Positions 52,823-64,000 of a stretch of DNA of 64,000 nucleotides are shown here, piece after piece. Each line of letters begins with the position of its first letter. Position 1 is the first letter of the stretch. The notes under the pieces were generated by a model. The model did no database searches, was not told the origin of the DNA, and worked only from the letters and a program-made list of their open reading frames with translations. A program made the translations under genes and the position numbers. Source of the DNA: Octopus vulgaris (taxonomy: Eukaryota); contig OX597833.1 in assembly GCA_951406725.2 (NCBI GenBank), positions 38,316,001 through 38,380,000 of the forward strand, in the 5' to 3' direction.

Positions 52823-54019
52823 ATTTTCTCTCCCATGTACATTTAACTGTCCTCTCTCTCTCTCTCATGTATATTTAACTGTCCTATCTCTCCCATGTAC
52901 AATTAACTGTTTTCTCTAGCTTATATTTCACTGTTCATTCTCTTACCTTTTACAGTCTTTCCTCACATGCTTCACTGTCCTTTCTCTCACATTTTACTGT
53001 CCCCTCTCTTACGTTTCACTATTCTCTCTTTAGATTCCAGTGTCTTAATGTTTACTCAATATTTTCTTTTGCATTTCAGTTTCCCTTCTATATTTCAGCA
53101 ATATCTGTACAAATCCTGACTGACTAGGTGAAATACTCACCTTTTTGTCAGGTGAAATACTCACCTTTTTGTCAAATGTAAAACTATGCTTTACCCTATA
53201 CTGCAACTTTTGTAGGAGTTCAACTTGTGATATTCTAGGATCTTAGTTGCTCTATCTTTATTAACTAATTTTATACCAGCATATGATGGCCTCTGGTGTA
53301 ACAACAGTGCTACAGCTGCAGCAGATGTTATCATCCTTCTTTCCCCATTCTTTTTCTACTCCTGTTTCTGTCTTTCCTTCTCTCACAAAATTACTGCAAG
53401 ATAATCAGTGAGTCTCTCAACCTGTTAGATATAGCAACCAAATCACACCCTACTATCTTTAATATGTAAGGACACATTGGATCATGTAGTCTAAGGTATA
53501 CAAAGGACAGGATTATCCACCATAGATTTACTTTTGCAGTACTGACATCAAACAACAGCAACAGTATCATAGAGGAGTTTTTAAAATGTGATATGTCTTT
53601 CCACTGTGGTTGTGAGTTGAATGAAACAGTGTCATTTATTTGCATTTAATAGAGTAGGGCTAGGAGATTAATGATCAAGTCAATTTTTTGCTACTTTGAA
53701 CAACTTGCCTGTAGGCAAAACTCAACTTGCCACTGTTAAAGCTCAGAATAATAAGAGATAAACTAAAAACACTATTTCAATGCCTTTTTTAAGTTTGGAA
53801 ACGGGGTTACTTTACTGCTGGTTCTCTAGCTTTCATCCACCCCTTCCTTCCCAGGAGCTCCCTGTGTACCTGTATAGTCATGTTACAACATATCTCTCAC
53901 AATGATCAAAGAATATCACCATCATCACCATTTAATGGCCATGTTCCATGCTGGCATGGGTTGGATGGTTTGATGGGATCCAATGAGTTCAACAACAGCA
54001 TTGTGCTCTAATGCCATAA

Positions 54020-54655
54020 GTCTTTCCACACTTTCTGTAGTTTTTATGACCTGCTCCCACAATTTGATACCTCTGTAATTACTCCTCTCTAAGGCATCTC
54101 CTTTACCACTGTAACAGTTGACAATAATACTGCTACATTAGTCACTGGATATGACATTTTACAGTACCGCTTGATTAACTATGCAGGTAACAAGCTTGTG
54201 CCCCATTCCATTAAGTATTTTAAGCAGCTCAGCAGTAATTCCTTATGAACCAGGGGTTTTCCCTGTCTTTATATCCTTAATTGCTTTATCTATCATACTT
54301 CAGTCAACTAGAATGGTCTTTCTGTTGGATTCATACTTGGAAGACTTTGTTTCTCCCATTCATTCTACACATTTAGTTGCCTTTTATAAGGTACCTTTCA
54401 TACCTCTTTCTTTTCAGAATCACTCAGTGGAAGTGTATCATTTTCCTTCCATATGCACTTCACTCTGACAACATCTTGATTTTCTTGATATACTGCTTTG
54501 CAATCTGGATGCAACTCATGTCTCTGATCTTCATAATGTAGAACATTGGCAAACATCTTTGTTTTACTTACTGCCTTACTAAATAGACCTGCCTCTTAGT
54601 CTCTCTTCTAGTTACATGGTGTAGTTCTCTACTGTCCCCATTCTTCCAATCTTTC
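54020..54655 (-). pseudogene. RTE-clade LINE reverse transcriptase N-terminal fragment
   Basis: The minus strand reads SSIIVNCYSGKGDALERSNYRGIKLWEQVIKTTESV. It shares ATAAAGCAATTAAGG.TAT.AAGACAGGGA with ~4765-4795. Confidence 0.85.
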
Positions 54656-54999
54656 AGCCCCAGCATGGCCACAGCTCATAAGCTGAAACTAGAATCAATC
54701 AATCATATATATATATATAATCCCTCATTTCAGTTGCCAGTTACTTGGTGACCTCACTAGTGCTGGTGCCATGGAAAAACACTAAGTACACTCTGTAAAG
54801 TGGTTGAGGTTACAAAAGTATCCAAATGTAGAAACCATGCCAAACAGACATTGGAGTTCGGTGCTGTCCTCTGGCGGGACAGTCCCTGCTGAACAATTCA
54901 GTCCATGTTAGCAGAGAAAACAGACATTAAATGATAATGGCGATAATATATACATTCTTGTGTTTGTGTATATGCATGTATAGAGTTGAATATGCTGTA

Positions 55000-55450
55000 C
55001 AAGATATTGAAACTATTACTCTTAGCAGAAATAAATGGTGAAAAATAATCTGGTCTGGGGTAAAAGGTTTTTAAGAAAGCAAACAACAGTATGCAGAAAT
55101 TAAGAGAACCGTGGAAAAATATCAGTCTGATAACCATGGAAATAGTGTTGTCCTTTAGTTGCTCAATGTGTGGTAAGACAAGGCTTTCGAAGGCTGGCTT
55201 AACTTCACATCTCAGATTATGTTTTCCTATAGTTGGCCCAAATGATACAAAGATCATTCCAGCATTAATGCTTGTGCCACATTTGTAATACTTGTAAGAC
55301 TTAGCTACTCTAGAAAGGCATTTAAATATCCATAAAGCAAACAATACAAACAAAAATGTGCCAATTTCAGAGAGACATATTTGCTCTGTTTGAATGCAAA
55401 TTTTAAACAATTCATGGAACTTTAAAGTCACTCTCATGCTCATGCATGAA
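55000..55450 (+). pseudogene. RTE/BovB-type ORF C-terminus followed by degenerate C2H2 zinc fingers
   Basis: DIETITLSRNKW*KIIWSGVKGF*ESKQQYAEIKR, then FSCSMCGKTRLSKAGLTSHLRLC, CHICNTCKT/LATLERHLNIH and HICSV*.../KSHSHAH. Confidence 0.65.
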
Positions 55451-55651
55451 AAAGTACAGCTAACAAGAAGTGGTCAAGCTTTGAATAGGAGCAGATTCAC
55501 TCTTTCAATATCTGTCTCGTTCCTCTTCCTCTATCATTCCCTCCTCTCCCTCTATATATTAATCAATGAAATTCCAACCAAGTATGATTTTCACATTAAT
55601 TTACAATTTTTACAATATTGAAACAATCTAGGACTTTCATGCGTTTTGCAG

Positions 55652-56063
55652 TCATCAGGTTTATGTAGTGACAGTCATTATCCACAACTGACAACTGTCA
55701 TGAAATGGTTAGATTTGTCCTTTAAATATCCTCTGATGGGTGATGGGCTCCAGCAGACTGAATCTTATGAACTGTATTTTAACCAATCAGTATACAACAT
55801 AAAATTTCACAATTTGGTGACTGTGCCAACTAAGTTCTAAACTGTATTTTGATTAATCAGTGTGTGGCTTAGATTTCACAGTCTGGTGAAAGCGACAGTT
55901 TGGCTAGTATTTATCCCGCTTTTTTCAACAAGATATTTTAGTCAATTGGTGTGTGGCTTAGATGTCACCGTTTGGTGGGTACATCAAGGATTCTTTACTT
56001 TGACCACACCTAAAGGAACGATTGTTTGGCTATATTTTGGAAAGTTGTAAACAACATATATGT

Positions 56064-56118
<55 letters not shown>

Positions 56119-56429
56119 GAGGTGCCCACCAAACCATGACATCTAAGCTGCACACCAATTGACAAAAATATTTTCTTGAAAAAATTGGGATAAATACTAA
56201 CCAAATTGGCACATTCACGAAACTGTGACATCTCTGCCACATACTTAGTTGTCAAAATATAGTTAGAACTTAGTTGTCACCAAACCATGACATATAAGCT
56301 GCTTAGTTATTGGTCAAATTACAGTTCATATGATTCAGCCTGCTAGAACCCATCGGAGGGTATTTAAAAGATAAATTTTGCTACAGTTGTCAATTGTGAA
56401 ACATGACTGTCACTACATAAACCTGATGA
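55652..56429. mobile_element. Foldback-like element, ~330-bp inverted arms around a (GT)n spacer
   Basis: TCATCAGGTTTATGTAGTGACAGTCAT (55652) has its reverse complement ending at 56429. Arms are ~55652-55987 and ~56117-56429, with internal subrepeats. Confidence 0.8.
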
Positions 56430-56662
56430 TTTGTGTGTGTGTGTGTGTATTGCTATTAACCAGACTGGCCAGGTGGAGCAGGCCAACACTCCTCTTGAAT
56501 GGAATGCCAGTCTGTTGCAGGGTTGCCTATTTACAGCTGAGTAGACTGGAGCAACATGAAATGAAATGTTTTGCTTAAGAGCACAATGCAGCACCGTCTG
56601 GAAATTAAAAGCATGATTGCAAGATCATGAGTATAGTACCCTGATTACTTGGCCATGCACCT

Positions 56663-56698
<36 letters not shown>

Positions 56699-56800
56699 GT
56701 AGCATTATTCATGTGGCAAGTTTTTACAACCAGATGCCCTTCCTGTTGCCAATGTATATATGTGTGTGTGTGTGTGTATAAATATATATATGTATGTATA

Positions 56801-57022
56801 CAGTAACTCCTCGCCATATTGTGGTTCAGTTATTGCGGTTTATTATTTAAGCTTACATTGATTCCTCCATTGTGTTGTTTTGCATTTGTAATAAAATAAA
56901 TATATACAAATTATAAAAATAAGAAAAAAGAATATACAGTACAGTACTGTTTCTATGTCGTGAATGTTCACCTATTGCAGTGGGTTTGGAACGTAACAGC
57001 TGTGATAGCCAAGGGATTATTG
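56801..57022. mobile_element. Tigger/pogo-like MITE (inverted copy of 21462-21671)
   Basis: CAGTAACTCCTCGCCATAT...AGGGATTATTG. Confidence 0.75.
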
Positions 57023-57194
57023 TGTGTGTATTCTTTTATTCTTTTACTTGTTTCAGTTATTTCACTGCAGCCATGCTGGAGCATCACCTGTAGTCGAACA
57101 AATCGACCCCAGGAATTATTCTTTATAAGCCTAGTACTTATTTGATCGGTTTCTTTTGCTGAACTGCTAAGTTACAGAGACATAGGCACATCAA

Positions 57195-57800
57195 CAAATG
57201 GTCCTCCAGAAATGGGGGGTAGGAGTTGCTGGTGAGTTTGACACCTTCTGGCACTCAGAAAGGCCCAACAAGTTCATTTCTTATGATTTCTGTCCAAAAC
57301 ATGACACCACCACCTCTTTGTTGACATTGAATGCGATAAGCTCCAAGGGATACCCAAACTTTGGTCCATCCATTGGGACCATCCAGAATAGTTCTGGCTT
57401 CATCCATGAAGAGGACATCTTGGAAGTTGATCTTCATGTACTTCCATGTCCAGTCAGTACACTTCTTTGTGGTTTTTGCTTAGGATGGGTCTGGCGATGC
57501 ACTTAACACTTCTGGCTGTCTCTTTAGGGATCCTAAACTGGGTGCTTCTGGAAAAAGGAGCAACCCCAACATTTTAAAATATAGCAGCACTTCTGCTACC
57601 AAGGTCAATTCTTACTTGTGTACCTATTTTTTGGATACACTTCTTCTCATACCTTTATCTTGCCTTGGTTTTTGTGATGTGGTTTTCAATATATGCTTTC
57701 AATTTTCTTATATCCCTACCAAGCTCTTAAGCTAATTCTCTCACAGATAAGCCTTCTGTGAGGCCTGCAAAAATCTGCATCTTATCTGTAGCTGTCAGAC
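57195..57800 (-). pseudogene. Tc1-like transposase fragment
   Basis: FQDVLFMDEARTILDGPNGW...QQRGGGVMFW...ELVGPF (first catalytic D, DGPxG and GGGVMxW motifs). The upstream boundary is approximate. Confidence 0.8.
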
Positions 57801-58048
57801 ATTTCAGGGGAATTTCTGTACACTTGCAAAAAAGCATGTCAGTTCAAAGCATTTCAAAATGAATGACTCAACATAGCTTTGTAATGTGGCTTATCAGTGC
57901 GATTGGCATGATCACTGTATATGTACCTACCTAGGATCTTTCAGTGGACCTAGTTTCATGTTTCTACAATGTGTAATATTCAAAATACCAGCAGAAGTTT
58001 GAGCTGCTAAAATGCGTGTTAAACAGTTTGTATATATGTGTGTGTGTC

Positions 58049-58079
<31 letters not shown>

Positions 58080-58083
<4 letters not shown>

Positions 58084-59105
58084 TTAGAGATAAAACCACT
58101 ATTAGGCAAATCAAACAGTGAAAAACATAAGCCAATACATAAAATTAATTTAAAAATATAAAAGTTAAAAATTAAAATAATTTAAACTTATAAATTTTAA
58201 ATATATTTATACAAATATATATATATATATATATGTATGTATATTTTTATATTTATATATTATTTTGTTTCTTAATTAATTAATTAATTTATTTTTTATT
58301 TATTTATTTATTTATTTTTTATATAAATATCAAAAGTATTAAAAGTTAAATAAAAGATAAAGAGTAAAACACTACGATCGTTTCATGGCTGTACCAATTC
58401 GAATAACAATAATTTAAATTCAGTTAATAATTCGAGTTATGGTTACAGTCAATCTTCAGGTTAATTGAAATATTTTAAAAATAATCAGAAATATTTAAAC
58501 AATATTTTTAAGATATAAATAATATAATAATTTTACTTATAATAAACTCTATTATCAAACTAGAAACTTAAAACTTAATAGTTATGATTATATCAAAATC
58601 GATTATAATGTTAAATATTAATTTTAATTTTTAAGGTAAGAAACCCACCTATAATCTAATGTCAGTAATAGTCTATATTTAATTACATAAACATTTAAAA
58701 AAAAAATGACTATTATATAAAAAAAATTATCAATGGATATATATATAAATGTATATGAATATTATAATTAAGATCTAAAATAATCTCTATAAATAAATAT
58801 ATATGCACATATAATAAAGACCTAATAAATTAATATTTCATATTTAAAGATGAAATATCTAAATTCAAAAATACAAACAAACAAACTTAAACGAACTTTC
58901 GGAAATCTTATTTAAAATACTTATAGAAATAATCAATTCAAAGTTATATAGTATCGAATAAATACTATAAATATATTTATCAATGGCTAATATCAATTTA
59001 AAAAGACAATAGCTAAGTTATGCTATTAAGTTAGACATGGCCTGGACCAATCTTTGGTCGAAACATATCTAAGTTTATCTAAGTTTATTATAAGAAATTT
59101 AAAAC
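58080..59105. mobile_element. Extremely AT-rich Penelope-like remnant between (TA)n tracts
   Basis: Hammerhead-like core on the minus strand (58372-58459). Plus-strand LNELSEILFK (~58887) resembles a Penelope ORF end. Stem-loop plus GAAAC at 59045-59064. Confidence 0.45.
58368..58464 (-). ncRNA. Hammerhead-ribozyme-like motif
   Basis: CUGAAGA - long stem II - GAAAC-GAUC-GUA. Stem I is weak. Confidence 0.5.
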
Positions 59106-59145
59106 TACAATATATATATATATATATATGTCTCTCTCTCTCTCT

Positions 59146-59183
<38 letters not shown>

Positions 59184-59199
59184 CTATATATATATATAT

Positions 59200-59238
<39 letters not shown>

Positions 59239-59346
59239 GCATACATATATACATACACACGCATACATATATACATACACACGCATACATATATACATAC
59301 ACACACATATATATACACATACATATATATATACACACATATATAT

Positions 59347-59384
<38 letters not shown>

Positions 59385-59417
59385 CGGTGGTTAACCCCGA
59401 ATCAACCCGGGACCTAC

Positions 59418-59452
<35 letters not shown>

Positions 59453-59469
59453 TACCTTTTATCACCACC

Positions 59470-59735
59470 TTGACTTGCCAGTGCCATCTTGACTGGCTTC
59501 CGTGCCGGTGGCACGTAAAAAGCACCAACCGATCGTGGCCGTTGCCAGCCCCACCTGGCTCGTAAAGAGCACCCACTACACTCATGGAGTGGTTGGCATT
59601 AGGAAGGGCATCCAGCTGTAGAAACACTGCCAGATCAGACTGGAGCCTGGTGCAGCCTCCTGGCTTCTCAGACCCCGGTCGAACCATCCAACCCATGCTA
59701 GCATGGAAAACGGACGTTAAATGATGATGATGATA
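59470..59735 (+). mobile_element. RTE-tail-type repeat, well preserved
   Basis: GTGCCGGTGGCACGTAAAAAGCACC, AGGAAGGGCATCCAGCTGTAGAAAC and an (ATG)n tail. Confidence 0.8.
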
Positions 59736-59749
59736 ATATACATACATAC

Positions 59750-59819
<70 letters not shown>

Positions 59820-59994
59820 CATTATATATATATATACATACATACATATATATACATACATACATATATATATACATACGTACGTACATACATACATATA
59901 TATATATACATACATCATATACATATATACATACATCATATACACATATGTATACATACATACATATGCATATATATATATATATATATATATA

Positions 59995-60455
59995 ATTCGA
60001 TGACTGGCATCTGTGCTAGTGGAACGTTAAGAGCACCATCCAAGTGTGATCATTGCCAGAGCAGCCAACTGGTTTCCGTGCCAGTGGCATGTAAAAAGCA
60101 CTATTTGAGTGAGATCATTAACAGCGTCACTTTACTGGCAGTACGTGAAAAATCATTCGGGCGAGGTTGTTGCCAGTGCCGCTGGACTTGCTCCTGTGCA
60201 GGTGGCATGTAAAAAACACCATTGGAGTGTGACTATTGCCAGTACTGCCTGACTGGCCCTTGTATCAGTGGCACGTAAAAGCACCCACTACACTCTCAGA
60301 GTGGTTGACATTAGGAAGGGCATCTAGCTGTAGAAACTCTACCAGATCAAGATTGGAGTCTGGTGCAGCCATCTGCTTCGCTAGTCCTCAGTCAATTCAT
60401 CCAACCCATACTAGAATGGAAAGCGGACGTTAGATGATGATGATGATGATGATGA
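59995..60455 (+). mobile_element. RTE-LINE 3' UTR with five ~60-bp tandem units and (ATG)n tail
   Basis: Collinear reverse complement of 3308-3797. Confidence 0.8.
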
Positions 60456-60844
60456 TACACACACACACACATATATATATTCACATGTATATGTATGCAC
60501 ACACATGCATGCAAAGTGGTGTCTTCATAGTTTCCAACTACTAGATTCCACTCACAAGATATTGGTCTTTCCATGCCAACAGAAAATACGGAATTACAAT
60601 CTGTGTTGGAACTTCTTTGATCTCCTGAATGGTTGAGGACCAGCCTGGTAACTTAACCGTTTTACATTCATGTTACTCAGTTAAATGTAACACTTATTTG
60701 TTCCCGTTGTTTTCAATTAATCATGCATTATCTCATAGAATCAAGACTTCTTTGATGTTATTTTTTTTTTGTTGTTTTTACATGCTGGGGCACCACTTTG
60801 AAGAATTTTTAGTCAAATGATTCTGCCCTCAGAATTTTTTCTCC

Positions 60845-60864
60845 TATATATACATACATACATT

Positions 60865-60916
<52 letters not shown>

Positions 60917-61078
60917 CACACACACATTTGTGTGTATGTATATATATATATACATTTGTGTATATATATATATGTATGTATATATATATATATACATTTG
61001 TGTATATATATATATGTATGTATATATATATATACATTTGTGTATATATATGTATGTATATATGTATATATATATGTA

Positions 61079-61143
<65 letters not shown>

Positions 61144-61210
61144 GTATGTGTATATATATGTATATATATATGTATGTATGTATGTATGTGTATATATATG
61201 TATATGTATA

Positions 61211-61245
<35 letters not shown>

Positions 61246-61362
61246 GTATATATATGTATGTGTGTATGTACGTATGTGTATATATATGTATGTGTATATG
61301 TACGTATGTGTATATATATGTACGTATGTGTATATATATGTATGTATATATATATATACATT

Positions 61363-61406
<44 letters not shown>

Positions 61407-61669
61407 TATTTATATACATATACATTTAAATAAATATATACATATATATACATACATATATATGTATAGATGCGTATATGTATACTAATGTGTTTATATA
61501 TATATATGTGTGTGTGTGTGTATTTATTTATGTGTGTGTGTGTGTGTATTTATATATATGTGTGTGTGTGTGTATTTATATATATGTGTGTGTGTGTGTA
61601 TTTATATATATGTGTGTGTGTGTGTATTTATATATATATGTGTGTGTGTGTATTTATATATATATGTAT
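60845..61669. repeat. Long compound microsatellite (TA/TG/TATG)
   Basis: About 825 bp of dinucleotide and tetranucleotide runs punctuated by TACATTTGTG, TACGTATG and GTATTTA. Confidence 0.97.
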
Positions 61670-62026
61670 GTTTGTAAGGGAAATAACTATAAAGCATTTT
61701 TAGAGAGTTATAGCCAAAAAATAGCAAAAAAATGGAAAAAAATGATGGTAAATTTTTTTTGAAAGTTAAAAAAGGTGGAGTTGCGTCCCCTAGACGGTCT
61801 GTGGTTTGGGTTTCTAATTCTCGACCCCATGTCGAATTTATCGATTTTTTTTCAGAACTGGGGGAACTTTTCAAAATTTTCGCTGCGTTAGTTTTGAATT
61901 ATGACATTGGGCTATGTGTGTGTCAAGTTTCATCAGAATCGGTTGAAAGCCGTGGTCAGAGTGAGGGTACGAGAAAACAGACACACAGAAAACGCACAGA
62001 CAAACTGCCGTTTATATAGAGAGAGA
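61670..62026 (-). mobile_element. Non-autonomous Helitron, same family, 3' terminus missing
   Basis: Near-identical to 62157-62517 and the 5' TC is intact at 62026. The hairpin and CTAG are replaced by the adjacent compound microsatellite. Confidence 0.9.
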
Positions 62027-62027
62027 T

Positions 62028-62112
62028 GAGCCAATGAGGGAGACCTCTACATGGTAGCTAGACCTGGTAGAAATAGCAGCCAAATCTCCCTCAAATCACA
62101 CCCTACTCTCTT
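62028..62112 (+). mobile_element. Fragment of a further dispersed SINE-like family between the two small Helitrons
   Basis: TAGAAATAGCAGCCAAATCTCCCTCAAATCACACCCTAC is also seen, degenerate and in either orientation, at ~9190, 20175, 27350, 31010, 33600, 47655 and 52455. Confidence 0.6.
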
Positions 62113-62129
62113 ATGTATGTATATATGTA

Positions 62130-62517
62130 CTAGCAGTATCGCCCGGCGTTGCTCAGGTTTGTAAGGGAAATAACTATAAAGCATCTTTAGAGAGTTATAG
62201 CCAAAAAATAGCAAAAAAAATGGAAAAAAAAATGATGGTAAATTTTTTTTTGAGAGTAAAAAAAGGTTGAGTTGCGTCCCCTAGACAGTCTGTGGTTTGT
62301 TTTTTTTTATTCTCGACCCCATGTCAATTTATCGATTTTTTTCAGAACTGGGGGAACTTTTCAAAATTTTCGCTGCGTTAGTTTTGAATTATGACATTGG
62401 GCTATGCGTGTGTCAAGTTTCATCAGAATCGGTTGAAAGCCGTGGTCAGGGTGAGGGTACGAGAAAACAGACACACAGAAACACGCACAGACAAACTGCC
62501 GTTTATATATAGAGAGA
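62130..62517 (-). mobile_element. Non-autonomous Helitron (388 bp), both termini present
   Basis: The 3' end (plus-strand CTAGCAGTATCGCCCGGCGTTGCTCAGG) matches 36570-36605. About 245 bp at the 5' end nearly matches 42467-42713. Ends TC and CTAG, with an A|T target. Confidence 0.93.
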
Positions 62518-64000
62518 TGTATGTGTGTATAAATATATATATATGTACATGTATGTGTATATACTGTAAAAAAGCCATGTAATTTGCACATGTGATTTTC
62601 AGGATAAAAATTGTTAAGAAAAGGTACTCATGTAAAATTCGCACCCAAAAGTTTTCAGAATTGCTGATATGGCGAGGGAGAAATGGTTTTCAATTTAGTT
62701 GTATTTAGCATAATTTCACTTACTTATGATTAGATTTTTATAAGTTTTCATTAAATAAAATTAATTTCTGTTTAACAAGTATCACATTGAAAGCTGTTAA
62801 ATTACGAAGTCTTTGTGTTGTTTATAATAAAATTTGTTTTACATTTCTTCCCCACAAGAGATTATGTCCAATCTTTTGCATACTTCTGTACGTCTTCTTA
62901 AATCACCATCACAGGAAAAAATTGTTGATAATTCTTATCAACTAAAACAAAGCTGATAAATATGCACAAGTGTTGCAAAATAAGTTTAATTACAAATAAA
63001 CATCAGCTTGGATGACACTTTACTCAACTGACAGAGGAAGGTAGCCGATCAAACTGATTATGTAAACAGAATTCTGATTGGTCAAAAGTGTCTTCTTGTC
63101 TCAAGCTCTGATTTTCTACCTATTCTTGTTGGAACCTTTGATACGGAATATCGAAATTTTAATCCCTTTCACACTTATAAAATGTCAAGCAAACTTTAAA
63201 ATTTGTCATTACTGTTTTAGCCAGGAGACCAAACTGATAGTTTGGCAACCCATTAAAATAAACTTTAAAAATCGACAAGCTTAACTTGGTGTTTATTGAG
63301 CAAAAGAGGTGCGAAATTTTAGAAGTGACTTGTTAGAATATACACATCTGTGAGGAGACATAAAAAAGAATAGTAAAAATCTACTATTCCAAAAAAACTG
63401 GTAATGCATACATTACAAGTGTTCTATGAAGTGAACATAAGATTGCTGCATAATTCGACATGAATGTGAAATGACATTAAACATTGTATAAGGTAAATGA
63501 AGGTTTCTGTAGGAACGCTAAGTCATATTCACTTAGTGAGTTTACATGCACAAGGATGAATTATGATGTTGTCGTTGTTGCCGTTAGATGCTGTAAGAGC
63601 TGATAATGGTGATACTGGCAATGAGGAATTTCATTGTGTCATAACATAGAGAAAGCTAGCGAATAGCTTCCTGGTGCAAATGCACGCTAGACTCCCCAAG
63701 CGTAGAAAAACTGATCTATTTAAGGAAATTGCTTGTCTCCTTTGTAATAGGTAGAAACTCCAAGCAATGTAAAATATGGCCCAGACTGTGATTACCAGCA
63801 TGAAAGTCAAACTTCAAAAAGTAATTAACCATTTAATGATTTTAGTAAATTTATACAGAAAATGTAAGCATTATACCGTCCAGCATAAATAAAAGTCAAC
63901 TGCATTATATTTTTTTCTGTAAAAACCTATTCTGACATTAAATGAGTCAACTTCCCGTACATCATTTACAACAAAAAAAGTTTCTAAAAAAATTCTGGAA

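Noticed and set aside
53126-53174. Duplicated AGGTGA-AATAC-TCACCT-TTTT hairpin resembling an intrinsic terminator
   Set aside because: A simple 24-bp tandem duplication in eukaryotic DNA with no associated gene.
59384-59416. Short GC-rich island inside (TA)n
   Set aside because: Too short to assign; probably a repeat fragment.
60000-60290. CRISPR-like array of conserved motif plus variable spacers (also 3470-3797)
   Set aside because: The units are degenerate, the 'spacers' resemble each other and occur in the same order in two dispersed copies, there are no cas genes, and the context is a eukaryotic LINE 3' UTR.

Overview
Eukaryotic, AT-rich, repeat-dense DNA with no confidently identifiable host protein-coding exon. 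The dense (TA)n/(TG)n/(CAT)n microsatellites and the tRNA-derived SINE families resemble those of octopus genomes (inference, not checked). The dominant feature is a complete 6,144-bp Helitron rolling-circle transposon on the minus strand (36570-42713). It has a 5' TC, a 3' GC hairpin plus CTAG and an A|T target inside (TA)n. It encodes a ~1,620-aa Rep/PIF1 helicase split by one frameshift near 39930, with nine 23-aa STPR-like repeats at the N-terminus. Two short non-autonomous relatives (61670-62026, 62130-62517) and two other Helitron remnants (2747-3276, ~51190-51452) lie in the same orientation. The rest is SINEs, RTE/CR1 LINE fragments, Tc1/mariner, hAT and piggyBac-type MITEs, Penelope-like remnants (one with a hammerhead-ribozyme-like core) and several long inverted repeats. 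Almost all short ORFs in the track are microsatellite or repeat artefacts. I see no clearly new biological system. The best leads are the Helitron autonomous/non-autonomous set, the hammerhead candidate, an RTE C-terminus with three C2H2 fingers and a tandem hairpin array in an RTE 3' UTR. All alignments were done by eye.
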